This document shows positions 1 through 10,383 of a stretch of 64,000 bases of DNA, piece after piece; the stretch's first letter is position 1, and each line of letters begins with the position of its first letter. The notes below the pieces were generated by a model. It worked only from the letters and a program-made list of their open reading frames with translations, had not been told where the DNA came from and searched no databases. The stretch covers positions 2,696,902 to 2,760,901 of the forward strand of contig CM082585.2 in the NCBI GenBank assembly GCA_040954595.2, given 5' to 3'. Both the position numbers and the translations under genes were made by a program. Source of the stretch: Balanoglossus misakiensis. Its lineage: Eukaryota > Animalia > Hemichordata.

Positions 1-1119
1 TGAAAACAAGTTCTTCTGGTAAAGTCTTACTCAAAATGTTGCTATGACTATAATTCTGACACAAAACTGAGCATGAGTGTGGACTGATTGCATAAAAATA
101 TTGTGAAAGTACTTCATGTAAAAAAGGGAGGAGGCTCCACAAACCAGACTATTTTTGTTTATGTACATGATGTACTTGTGCGAGGGTTGTCAACTTGATA
201 GCCATTCTCAAGATTTACAATCGTTATAAGAGTGTACGTATACAAGAAAAGTAAACTCCTGAATATTAAAGGGACAAAGTCTCTCTCTCTCTCGCTTCCC
301 TTTTTCCATTAATTATGTTTGATACAAGACACTGTTTATGTTATTCTACATGTGTATGTAGTGAATCAACGTTCGACCACACACAAATATGCAAAGGAGA
401 ATTTATTAATAAGCCATACCCACCAAAATCTTATCAGATCTAGAACTTATCATAACAATGCTACATACAAAATTTCATATCATTGGATTCAATTTCTCTC
501 AAGATATGAGTGGAACAAAATCTGTCTACAGAAGGACAGACAGAAATCGCTGTGCCAATAATGAGATTATTATTTAAACCACAAAAGATTGATGATAAAC
601 AATGCAATAAACAACAACATCCTTATGTTCAACAAGACAGTTTTTGGCAGATGCTGGAGACAATCCCCCTTTCTCATAACTCCAAATTGCTCACAGTGGA
701 GATCAAATGTCTCAGATATAGGAGAGACAATCACATCACCATAATGAATCAATACTTGCCTGTGTCTGGACAACACGTGGCCGAGAGGAAGTAGTTTTGA
801 TTCAAAGGACAGTGACAAATTATATGGCACCTCCTTATGATGAATTGTATTAGGTACCAGACAGGAGTTGGCAGATGCTGGAGGCCGACAGACAATCACC
901 CTATCTGATACGTTCTGTGATAGGATTGGCATGGACTGTCATCAGTCTATCTGTACAACACCTGACCAATGGAGGGAGTAGTTTTGATTCAAAGGGCAAT
1001 GGACAAATATATACATTGTATCCCAGACACAATTTACTAAGAAAACTACAGAGGAAATGGCACTATTGAGAAAGCTCATACTTTTAGAATTTACCTGCAG
1101 AAGTCAGGTTGGTATTTAC

Positions 1120-1221
1120 CTTGTTTTGTATGGTTACATCAGCTTTGTGTTCCAATAACAATCTGACACGGCCTTCACCAACATCCCTCCTTGCTGCAGA
1201 GTGCAAAGGGGTGTCTCCCCA
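1120..1221 (-). CDS. Single ankyrin-repeat exon (WGDTPLHSAARRDVGEGRVRLLLEHKADVTIQNK)
   Basis: 102 bp, cttacag| acceptor, |gtaaat donor, phase 0, GxTPLH..A..LL...AD ankyrin consensus. Confidence 0.85.
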
Positions 1222-1402
1222 CTGTAAGTAATGAAGGAGGAGCATGAGAACAATGTCACAAAAATTAAACGTAATGTGTAATTTTCCTTAAACAAAAAAC
1301 AAACAAACAAACAAACAAACAAACAAACAAACAAACAAAAAATAAATGAATAAATCATTCCATACTGATAGATTAACCTGCAGAAGTCAAGTTGGTATTT
1401 AC

Positions 1403-1501
1403 CTGGGTTTGTATGGTAACATCAGCTTTGTGTTCCAATAACAATCTGACACAGCCTTCACCACCAAACCCTGCTGCATCATTCAAAGGGGTGACTCCAT
1501 C
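1403..1501 (-). CDS. Single ankyrin-repeat exon (DGVTPLNDAAGFGGEGCVRLLLEHKADVTIQTQ)
   Basis: 99 bp, tacag| and |gtaaat splice sites, phase 0. The acceptor abuts the LINE 3' tail. Confidence 0.8.
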
Positions 1502-1718
1502 CTGTAGATAGATAGATAATAGATAGATAATTTTTATTATAGTGACTAGTGTTTTTTCAACACCAAGCCACAACGGGCTTATTAGTCACTTTAAACAAAA
1601 AGAAATACATATTCATCTGAGTTGCTGTTCATGATACACACACACAAAAATGAAGTAAAAACTACACAGGTATCTGAAAAATCTCGCACAGAAATTGCAG
1701 ACAAAAAAATGTAGGTTG

Positions 1719-4700
1719 TCAGCGTACTTCGTAGAGTACAGACTGCCGTTTCCAATAAGCTTTAGCAATAAATTTTGATGTGCTTCGACTCATTTCATTG
1801 AGGAGCAGTTTTAGTTTCTCTATTTCTGACAAATCTTGGAACTCTGAAAAATGCTTACTGGTAATATCAAATAAATGCTCTCGATATTCAGTATATAAGG
1901 TACAGTGCAAAAGAAAATGAAATTCGTCTTCCACTGCATTCTCTGAACAAAATATACAAATTCTATCATTCAAAGCTTCTCCTCTAAATCTGCCTGTTTC
2001 TACTCGTAATGGCAAAATTCCTAATCTGAGTTGAGCTAGGAAAGAACGTTTACTACGATCCAGAATACATGAAAGATATGATTCTTTTCCATAGCACGTT
2101 TTAAAATGTCTATAAGTACGCAGTTTTGGAATGTTAATAATATTGTTTGACCAAGAAGCAATTGTATCAGCATGGAGCTTTTCTTTTAAGTGATCAATGT
2201 CACAAATTCCCCCATTTTCTAGTACATCAATGTCCACAGAATTAAAAATTTCATTCATTTCAAAACTCCAATTATTTATGCATAACGAATTATCCCACAT
2301 GAAAATAGGCTTACACAATCTTTGTTCGTCCATTTTGACCAACCTATTCCAAAGTCTAGCCATGTTAACATAATGCCTAGTTTTTGACGATATCCAGCCA
2401 GTGTCTCCAACCACTGCTGCAGTAGGTGCAAATCTATGTACACCAAGATAGAATCTAAGAGCTCTTAATTGAATCTTATTACTATTCATGGAATTATTAA
2501 AACCCCATATTCCTGAGCAGTAATCCATAATTGGAACGACACAACTGTCATAAAGTTTTGAGAATGTCTTAAATCCCATGTTCTTGATGGATTTAAATTT
2601 AGAACAAATATAACCTAGAGCTCTATTGGCTGATTCTGATAATAACTCCGACATAATTCTGAAATTTAAACATTCATCAAATATAACCCCGAGATATTTA
2701 CAATTCTTAACATAATCAATTTTCACTCCTGACATATAAAACATGAAATCACTTCTAGCATATGACCTTTTTCTAAAATGAACAACGTGAGATTTCTTGA
2801 TATTTATCTGAAGTCGCCACTTTATACACCAGTCTGTAATAAAATCCAACATTTGCTGCATATTTTCTTCATTATCAGAGATAACTGCAATGTCATCAGC
2901 ATATAACAAGATAGACACATTATCACCACCGATCTGTACTCCTTTTTGAAGATTTTTCAAACCAGCTGCCAAATCATTGATAAACAAAGCAAACAACGTT
3001 GGTGATAAGTTGTCACCCTGTCTAACACCAATGTCTGTGTTAAACCAATCAGAATAACAGTTGTTAACCTTTACACACGCTGAGGTATTTGAGTACATGG
3101 CAGAAATCGAATTATACATCTTACCATTAATGTTGTTAATTAAAAGTTTATAAAGAAGAAGGTTTCTGTCAACAAAGTCAAAGGCCTTTTGTAGGTCAAC
3201 AAAAGTAACGAAGGTGGAAAGATTATTGTTAAGCCTATTTCTAATAATAGAAGTTAAAGTATAGACATGATCTTCACATGACCTATCTTTACGAAACCCA
3301 TTCTGTTCACCTACAAGCAAATTGTTGTTATCAAGAAAACATATTAATCTATTGTTTAATACAGCACTATATATTTTTGAAATTACAGAAATTAAACTTA
3401 TACCCCTGTAATTAAGTGGTACTCTAGCATCACTTGTTTTACATTTCAAAATCGGTAAAATAATACTTTTCCTCCAAGCACAAGGTATTTTGCCCGAGTC
3501 AAAACACAGTTGGAACAAGTGAACAAGGACACTGATAACGTTATCACGTTTCAACACCTCATATGGTATTTTGTCCACACCTGGGGCTTTTTTATTTTTT
3601 CCCTTCATAACAGCTTTTTTAACCTCCAAAAAGGTAAAATTCCTATTGATCACATGATTTTGTTCAAAAAGGGGATCTAACTGGTTATTTTCTAAAACCA
3701 ATTTATGATGCACAGTAGTTCTATAAAATTCGTCATCGAATAACACCTGGTCATTTCTGTCCCCATTATATAAAGTAGAAAAATCATGTTGCCAGGTGTT
3801 TAAAACCTGCTCGGGGTCACATATAATCTCATTAGCCTCATTATAAGCTTCCATTGGAATGTTATTTTTGCTCTTTTTAACCGGTCCAATACGCTCTATG
3901 TGATCCCAAAATTTCCTAGGGTTGTTTGTACAAATTTCTTCGATATCTAATTGAACACCCCTCATATAGTTACGTTCATGGAAACGTAAACGCTTGTCAA
4001 ATAAATGTTGAGCATTTTTAAAATCTGCTCTGAGAATGTGATAACCTGTTTGACCTCTATTACGCTTCATAAACTCCTTTTCTTTAAGTCTCATAATCTG
4101 CCACAGTGTCTTCAACTCTTCATTCCAGAACGGTTTGTTAGACTTGAACCGTTTTCTGGTCTGTTTAGTACAATCAAAATGTGGGATAGATTCGTCCATA
4201 TTGGCTATTATGCAATCACTGAGCTCTGTATATATGGCATCGATGTTGGTTTGATTTTCAACAACACTTTCTATCCGGTCAATCATAAGCAAAAGGGCAT
4301 TTTTAGTAGTCTCTGATTGCATAAAATCAACTGGCATAGAATCTAACCGATATTTCCTACAGGTTTGTTCACCATTGATACGATTTGGTAGCCCGGGTGT
4401 GCAATCATTAGTACCAGGTCTAACCAAGAACCTAAAGCTGAGAATGGAGTGGTCAGGAATTTTACTACGCTCATTAAGAAAGTGAAATAAACCATGGTTT
4501 TCCACAAAGTCAGACATTTTCTGGACTTCAAAATCTGTACAGAGTGCAGCAGAGTCATGAGGAACAACGATAAAATCCACGACTGCCTTGCCACGAGTTG
4601 AAACAGATGTGAAGTCATTACACTCATTTGAATATCGACCGTTCAATACATGCATTCTTGCGTCGTTCAGAAATTCTATGAAAGAGTGACCGTGCTGATT

Positions 4701-5240
4701 TACATACGTATCAAGCACCTGCCTTATTGGAATATTATCATCAACACCCATTATTGAGTCATGCAATGCACCGATTCGAGCATTGAGGTCACCGCAAATT
4801 ATAACGCTGTCAACGTCATCTAATAAATACAGTTCATTCAAAAGATAACCAAAAAAAGACGTAGCATCTCTACCCCAAGGGGAGTTTTCTGGTGGTAAAT
4901 AACATGTGAACAGTACAAAAGTAAAATCGGTTACTTTGTGAACGAATTTCAAACCAAGAATTCCCTCATAACCGGAGCTAACAACAGAAATGAAAAAATC
5001 TTGATCAAGATTTTTCTTAACGAGAATTCCCACACCCCCAAATGTTCTGGTGGACCTTACATGAGTTTGTTGTCTATTTTTTCCAAACCAATGATATCCG
5101 TCAACTTGTATGGAAGCATTACTTGTTAAGTGTGTCTCATTTACACTAAAAATATCGGGTTCGTGGGCGTAAACAATTGCTGATCTGAGGCCAGCGTTCG
5201 CATCAGTCCAACCACTTACATTCAAATGGGCTATCTTCAA
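1719..5240 (-). CDS. LINE ORF2: AP endonuclease + reverse transcriptase + C-terminal Cys/His motif, uninterrupted 1173 aa
   Basis: EN motifs LNVSG, VNETH, GDLNA, VDF, PDH. RT motifs GVRQGDNLSPTLF, LLYADD, YLGV. C-terminal LRVETGRF..CIFC..EDEFHFLLHC is typical of RTEX-like elements. The listed start is TTG, not ATG. Confidence 0.93.
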   Translation of the reverse strand: MKIAHLNVSGWTDANAGLRSAIVYAHEPDIFSVNETHLTSNASIQVDGYHWFGKNRQQTHVRSTRTFGGVGILVKKNLDQDFFISVVSSGYEGILGLKFVHKVTDFTFVLFTCYLPPENSPWGRDATSFFGYLLNELYLLDDVDSVIICGDLNARIGALHDSIMGVDDNIPIRQVLDTYVNQHGHSFIEFLNDARMHVLNGRYSNECNDFTSVSTRGKAVVDFIVVPHDSAALCTDFEVQKMSDFVENHGLFHFLNERSKIPDHSILSFRFLVRPGTNDCTPGLPNRINGEQTCRKYRLDSMPVDFMQSETTKNALLLMIDRIESVVENQTNIDAIYTELSDCIIANMDESIPHFDCTKQTRKRFKSNKPFWNEELKTLWQIMRLKEKEFMKRNRGQTGYHILRADFKNAQHLFDKRLRFHERNYMRGVQLDIEEICTNNPRKFWDHIERIGPVKKSKNNIPMEAYNEANEIICDPEQVLNTWQHDFSTLYNGDRNDQVLFDDEFYRTTVHHKLVLENNQLDPLFEQNHVINRNFTFLEVKKAVMKGKNKKAPGVDKIPYEVLKRDNVISVLVHLFQLCFDSGKIPCAWRKSIILPILKCKTSDARVPLNYRGISLISVISKIYSAVLNNRLICFLDNNNLLVGEQNGFRKDRSCEDHVYTLTSIIRNRLNNNLSTFVTFVDLQKAFDFVDRNLLLYKLLINNINGKMYNSISAMYSNTSACVKVNNCYSDWFNTDIGVRQGDNLSPTLFALFINDLAAGLKNLQKGVQIGGDNVSILLYADDIAVISDNEENMQQMLDFITDWCIKWRLQINIKKSHVVHFRKRSYARSDFMFYMSGVKIDYVKNCKYLGVIFDECLNFRIMSELLSESANRALGYICSKFKSIKNMGFKTFSKLYDSCVVPIMDYCSGIWGFNNSMNSNKIQLRALRFYLGVHRFAPTAAVVGDTGWISSKTRHYVNMARLWNRLVKMDEQRLCKPIFMWDNSLCINNWSFEMNEIFNSVDIDVLENGGICDIDHLKEKLHADTIASWSNNIINIPKLRTYRHFKTCYGKESYLSCILDRSKRSFLAQLRLGILPLRVETGRFRGEALNDRICIFCSENAVEDEFHFLLHCTLYTEYREHLFDITSKHFSEFQDLSEIEKLKLLLNEMSRSTSKFIAKAYWKRQSVLYEVR

Positions 5241-5276
5241 AGACGAGTTAAAGTTCCATTGGGCTTGGAGTAAATC

Positions 5277-5525
5277 CTATTCGCGCGCGTCGTTTGATTC
5301 CATAGTGTGACGTTGACGTGAGGGTTCCATGGGGTTTTTTCTTACGATGCGTCCACTGCCAGTTATACGAAATTCAGCACCATTCGGTAGTTCATTCAAT
5401 AAAGTACGCGTATTCAATTCCAACATGCGTTCTGCATGAGATTTACTAGATCGCAAGAACACTCTTCTGTAGGAATCTGAGTTTTTCAGTTCCTTTTTGC
5501 TTCTTAGAACCTGTATCTTCTGTTC
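5277..5525 (-). CDS. C-terminal fragment of LINE ORF1 (EQKIQVLRSKKELKNSDSYRRVFLRSSKSHAERML...)
   Basis: Open from the truncation point to TAG 5279-5277. Basic VL..K..LK....VF pattern resembles LINE ORF1 C-termini. Confidence 0.65.
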   Translation of the reverse strand, partial: EQKIQVLRSKKELKNSDSYRRVFLRSSKSHAERMLELNTRTLLNELPNGAEFRITGSGRIVRKNPMEPSRQRHTMESNDARE

Positions 5526-6341
5526 TTCTGTAAGTAATGAAGGAGAAGCATGGGAACAATGTCACCAAAATTGAAATGTAATATGAGGTTTCTTTAAACA
5601 AACAAACAAACCTACAAATAAATAAACAAATATCAAAAGTATCAGCCATATTGCAAAAAACAAGCAAGAATGGCATACTGACTGATATGAAAGGATAATC
5701 CACAGTCCTTCTACACACAAAATGAAAATTGCCCACTGTTAAAATGAATACAGATCAAAGAATGACGGTGAAGAATCTCAATTGATTCTAACAGCGAGGA
5801 AAACGCTTTGACTGGTCATATAGTTTTTAACATTGGATGTTTTAGACTCCATAGCTTAACTAAGGATGGAGGGGATCTGGAAGATTTAAAAAAAGATTGC
5901 CAGCAAAATTTCAGAGATGGCTTGAAAAAAAATAAAAATTTGTTAACTTTGGTGAAACACAAAAAAATCCATCAAAATTTACTTTCTGGAACATATTTAT
6001 TCATTCGGAACAAATGTGTCAAATACACTATGGTTCAACATCTTTGGCTAAATTGTAAAGATTGTTAAATTTAGAGTGCAATGTGTCCCACTGTCCTTCC
6101 TATGGCTGGATCCCAAGGGTATCATGGTTAGTAAAACTAAATCAGTATGGGTAATACTTTTTGGCCTTTCCCTCTTCTTGTTCAGGGTTAGCTTGTTTCT
6201 TCCCATTGAATTTGGATCATGCAAAGTAATTTTGGATGAAAATAAGAGTGTTGTAATTAGGTCTTTTTCAAAGGCATTTTTTTTATTATCCAATTGTGTG
6301 GCCATGTTATCCATAATAAAGTGATAAGTCAGTTCACGTAC

Positions 6342-6440
6342 CTCATCCTTCGCATTGACATCTGCACCATGGCTAATCAACACCCTGACAGCATCCAATT
6401 TACCTTTGAAGGACGCTGCATGCAATGCTGTTGAATCATT
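6342..6440 (-). CDS. Single ankyrin-repeat exon (NDSTALHAASFKGKLDAVRVLISHGADVNAKDE)
   Basis: 99 bp, ttccag| acceptor, |gtacgt donor, phase 0, canonical TALH..GADVN ankyrin. Confidence 0.88.
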
Positions 6441-6700
6441 CTGGAATAAAGACGTTTAATGTTGGCATAAAAATGACATCACAAATCTGATACTTGCAAT
6501 GTGAGTCAACTGCTTGATCTTTTGATGAAGAAACTCTAGGAATTTCATCACAATGAGCTTCAGTCACTATTGTAATAATGGTTTTGATTACGATGGTGTG
6601 TTATTTCAGTAATAGACTGATATAGATTTGAATATGAAAGATCATAATAATGGTATTTTCTAAGGTTGAGTGACAATTCTCTATGACCAAAACACATGTA

Positions 6701-6878
6701 CAGTAAAACCCGTCTAATCCGAACACCAAAGGGACAGAAGAAATTGTTCAGTTTACAGATGTTTCCGGTTTGTAAAGGTTCTTTTAACACGTGGTTCTAT
6801 GTCAAGGGGACAGGAAAATGTGTTCATTATAGACAGTTTTCCAGATATGGCATGTTCCATTTCGACAGGTTTTTACTG
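6701..6878. mobile_element. Tc1/mariner-type MITE (second copy from 18149)
   Basis: Imperfect TIR cagtaaaacccgtctaa / ttcgacaggtttttactg, preceded by TA. Confidence 0.55.
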
Positions 6879-7540
6879 CATGTGGTTGAACCACTGAACC
6901 AAACTGTAGACTGATACCATGTTCACACTAGGTAAAACTGGAACTGTTGATGAAAAAGTCCGCGCTGAATTGAGATTATTTATATTTGTGGGCTACTGTA
7001 GGTCTGTTTTTGCACAATCTAAATGTGGTGTTGTGTGCAGTTTCATTGTATTGCAAAGTTGTGGCGTAATAATTGTATCATGTTTGTTAATATGTTGAAC
7101 TCTAAATAGATGTAACTTGAGTCACGAACGGTTGCGACATGCAAGTACTGAAATGTCGCCATCTCAGAAAAGAACTGCATCGCCACTTCTTGTATTGGTT
7201 CTCTCTTGCGTGTCTAATAAAACCTTCGTCGCGAGAACGTTACATTATCCACATTACCGGCAGACAAAATAAGTGTAAACGTCCTCCAAAAATAAATGGG
7301 AAACCCGTTTTACTAAGAGGTGTATCCGATCTGCACCATCGATTTATTGCAGTTTGAATGAATGATGTTACCAGAAATTGCAATATTCAGCGTGGCAGTT
7401 TCTTGTCAGATATGGACCTAACAGACTTCAATGAATCACTAATACAAGCCGAAGTAAACATGGCGCCCTTTTGTGACCCAACGCTTCTTTGAATACCACT
7501 TATCCTAAACCAGTTATATCTTGTGGGTTTTACATTACAG

Positions 7541-7945
7541 GTGAACCAGTGTCGAATACACCTGGGTATACAGACCATGTTAGCTCTGATGTTACTGACA
7601 CCAGTTATTCAAAAATGTCAACAGATGTCACAGAAGATACTGGCGCTGATGCTAAATCTGAAACTAGAATGACTGAAACAGAATCCTCGTTAGAGTTAAC
7701 CGTAATGCAGTTATACGAAACGACTTATAACGAAGTTCTGACAGACATCCCTGATTACAAGGGCACTGAGAGCGTGTCTGGTTTCATCTTGAAGGAAAAC
7801 CCTACTATAACGACTACAACTGTAGTGCATGGGGGATTTTGGCGCTATATAAACTTTGTTGATTGATTGATTGATTGATGGGACTGAACCAGACGTTGAG
7901 GGAGCCCACACTGATTCTGTCTCCACATCAACAGATACAATCGAC
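7541..7945 (+). pseudogene. S/T/D/E-rich (mucin-stalk-like) exon, disrupted copy
   Basis: ttacattacag| acceptor. Thr/Ser-rich frame is broken by a 44-bp insertion and cut at the duplication junction. Confidence 0.55.
7834..7877 (+). mobile_element. 44-bp L2/CR1-type LINE 3' tail with (GATT)n
   Basis: Absent in copy 2 (gtgcatgggactg). TSD atggg at 7829-7833 and 7878-7882. ggcgctatataaa + (gatt)n resembles the L2 tail at ~27860-27900. Confidence 0.75.
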
Positions 7946-7946
7946 A

Positions 7947-8027
7947 AGCTTTGTGTTCCAATAACAATCTGACAAGGGCTTCACCACCATCCCTCCTTGC
8001 TGCATCATGCAAAGGAGTGTCTCCATT
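7947..8027 (-). pseudogene. Ankyrin exon truncated by the duplication breakpoint (NGDTPLHDAARRDGGEALVRLLLEHKA|)
   Basis: Acceptor intact. The 3' end and donor are replaced by unrelated sequence at 7945/7946. Confidence 0.85.
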
Positions 8028-8175
8028 CTGTAAGTAATGAAGGAGGAGCATGAGAATAATGTCACAAAAATTGAAATATAATGTGAAATTTACTTAAACA
8101 AACAAACAAACAAATAAATGAATAAATATATCCGCATTGACAGAATAAACCTGCAGAAGTCAGGTTGGTATTTAC

Positions 8176-8274
8176 CTTGTTTTGTATGTTAGCATCAGCT
8201 TTGTGTTCCAATAACAATCTGACAGGTCCTTCATCACGAAACCTTGCTGCATAATGCAAAGGGGTGTCTCCATC
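8176..8274 (-). CDS. Ankyrin exon (DGDTPLHYAARFRDEGPVRLLLEHKADANIQNK)
   Basis: 99 bp, tatag| and |gtaaat, phase 0. Confidence 0.85.
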
Positions 8275-8426
8275 CTATAAGTAATGAAGGAGGAGCATGA
8301 GAATAATGTTACAAAAATTGAAATCTAATGTGAAATTTCCTTAAACAAACAAACAAACAAACAAATAAATGAATAAATATATCCGCATTGATAGAATAAA
8401 CCTGCAGAGGTCAGGTTGGTATTTAC

Positions 8427-8528
8427 CTTGTTTTGTATGTTAGCATCAGCTTTTTGTTCCAATAACAATCTGACAAGGGCTTCACCATCATCCCTCCTTG
8501 CTGCATCATGCAAAGGAGTGTCTCCATC
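8427..8528 (-). CDS. Ankyrin exon (DGDTPLHDAARRDDGEALVRLLLEQKADANIQNK)
   Basis: 102 bp, tacag| and |gtaaat, phase 0. Confidence 0.85.
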
Positions 8529-8680
8529 CTGTAAGTAATGAAGGAGGAGCATGAGAATAATGTCACAAAAATTGAAATATAATGTGAAATTTCCTTAAAC
8601 GAACAAACAAACAAACAAATAAATGAATAAATATATCCGCATTGATAGAATAAACCTGCAGAAGTCAGGTTGGTATTTAC

Positions 8681-8782
8681 TTTGTTTTGTATGTTAGCAT
8701 CAGCTTTGTGTTCCAATAACAATCTGACAAGGCCTTCACCACCATCCCGCCTTGCTGCATCATGCAAAGGGGTGTCTCCTGT
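8681..8782 (-). CDS. Ankyrin exon (TGDTPLHDAARRDGGEGLVRLLLEHKADANIQNK)
   Basis: 102 bp, tacag| and |gtaaat, phase 0. Confidence 0.85.
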
Positions 8783-8944
8783 CTGTAAGTAATAAAGGAG
8801 GAGCATGAGAATAATGTCACAAAATTGAAATGTAATGTGAAATTTCCTTAACCAAACACACAAACAAATAGACAAACACACAATAAAATGAATAAATATA
8901 TCCGCATTGATAGAATTAACCTGCAGAAGTCAAGTTGGTATTAC

Positions 8945-9046
8945 CTCGTTTTGTATTGTCACATCAGCTTTGTGTTCCAATAACAATCTGACAAGGCCTT
9001 CACCACCATCCCTCCTTGCCGCATAATGCAAAGGGGTGTCTCCTGT
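8945..9046 (-). CDS. Ankyrin exon (TGDTPLHYAARRDGGEGLVRLLLEHKADVTIQNE)
   Basis: 102 bp, tacag| and |gtaata, phase 0. Confidence 0.85.
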
Positions 9047-10097
9047 CTGTAAGTAATGAAGGAGGAGCATGAGAATAATGTCACAAAATTGAAATGTAAT
9101 GTGAAATTTTCTTAAACAAACAAACGAACAAACTAACAAACAAACAAACAAATAGACAAAGACACAAACAAATGAAAAAATATATCCGCATTGATAGAAT
9201 TAACCTGCAGAAGTCATGTTGGTATTTACCTTGTTTGATATGGTCACATCAGCTTTGTGTTCCAATAACAATCTGACAAGGCCTTCACCATCAGGCCCTC
9301 CATAGACATTATGTGTAGAGCATCCAAACCCCAAGTAAAGCACGTGTTAAACACATAGTGTGACATCCAGCCTACTAAGTACAGCCGAAAATGCTTTATA
9401 GTGGAGCATAGTTCTGTATAGTTTTACGTCTGATTCTTTAAAGCGTGACATCCAATATACACATTTTCGCCACTAGGGGCGCCCCGCGTCCGCCATTGCC
9501 GTTTGGAAAGTTGTCGCAGGTAAGCGATTTTCTTCTCTTTATACCTAGTCAGAAACCTTTTTGCATTTAAGACTATGATCAACGAACAACTATTATAACA
9601 AAGCGCCACCGTGTAAAGTTTCGATACACTAGTCGCGGTAGTTTTTTCAGAGATCTTCGCCAAAATTTGATTTACCGTGTGCATGCGGTATACTTTCCTA
9701 TACTGTACACAGTAAACACTGGAACGCAGTCGTACCTCGTATTACGATTTTCTTCTCTTTATACCTAGTCGGAAACCTTTTCGCATTTAAGACTATGATC
9801 AACGAACAACTATTATAACAAAGCGCCACCGTGTAAAGTTTCGATACACTAGTTGCGGTAGTTTTTTCAGAGATCTTCGCCAAAATTTGATTTACAGTGT
9901 GCATGTGGTATACTTTCCTATACTGTACACAGTAAGTAAACACTGGAACGCAGTCGTACCTCGTATTACATTTCCGTTTGTACACTCGCACGGTGCATTT
10001 CTAAATCACTTCGACAAAATTTGGAAACCGTGTGAATTCCTACATGCATTGGCCGGTGTCCATAAGTGCTCGGCGTGATCCGTTATGTGGATTTGAT

Positions 10098-10218
10098 CAC
10101 AGGTGCTCGTGGACGTGTGCTGTCACAGGGGAGAGCGAATGGGAGCGAAGGAAATCGCTCCTAGCAGATCCCCCCATTCGCTCTCCCCTGTGACAGCACA
10201 AGTCCACGAGCACCTGTG
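10098..10218. mobile_element. 121-bp hairpin MITE, CAC...GTG ends (CMC/CACTA-like)
   Basis: ~46-bp inverted arms cacaggtgctcgtggac.../...gtccacgagcacctgtg, flanked by gat on both sides. Mirrored at ~24923-25043. Confidence 0.6.
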
Positions 10219-10383
10219 GATTTAGTAGTGAGGCAACAGTGTGTTCCTTGACGTCCTGTTATTTACAAATTACACAACGTCGAAGAACGTAAATTTGGTA
10301 CACAGTTACCCATTCCACATCACGCCTGTGATGAGTACCATATGATAGTAAGTGATGCTTTATGTTTTTTCTTTCTTTTCCAG

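Larger units (their letters stand above)
1507..5527 (-). mobile_element. 5'-truncated non-LTR retrotransposon, RTEX-like
   Basis: Absent from the duplicate (empty site ccatcctgtaagtaatg at ~17034-17050). Flanked by ctgta (1502-1506 and 5528-5532). (TATC)n-like 3' tail. Contains the end of ORF1 and all of ORF2. Confidence 0.92.
1..7945. repeat. Segmental duplication, copy 1 (starts before the window)
   Basis: Position 1 tgaaaacaagttcttctgg recurs at 15559. The copies are colinear and near-identical up to acaatcgac (7945 vs 20869), apart from copy-specific insertions. ORF-track peptides are duplicated (e.g. 510 vs 16058, 7139 vs 20122). Confidence 0.95.
7947..9291 (-). repeat. Tandem array of ~250-285 bp ankyrin exon+intron units
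   Basis: The unit ctgtaagtaatgaaggaggagcatgaga..(aaac)n..aacctgcagaagtcaggttggtatttacc repeats five to six times. Confidence 0.93.

Noticed and set aside
319-1069. Short overlapping ORFs and a degenerate internal repeat (gtagttttgattcaaagg twice), also at 15877-16617
   Set aside because: No domain similarity, non-ATG starts, and an indel between the two copies breaks frame conservation.
7139-7357. ORF MQVLKCRH.. (and 20122-20340) as first exon of the plus-strand gene
   Set aside because: No convincing signal peptide or phase-1 donor was identified, and conservation reflects only the recent duplication.
9350-9365. CACTATG / RSS-like heptamer suggesting a ProtoRAG or Transib element (5-bp TSD fits)
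   Set aside because: The motif is ~60 bp inside the TIR, the true terminus is CAGG rather than CAC, and no nonamer or RAG-like coding sequence is seen.
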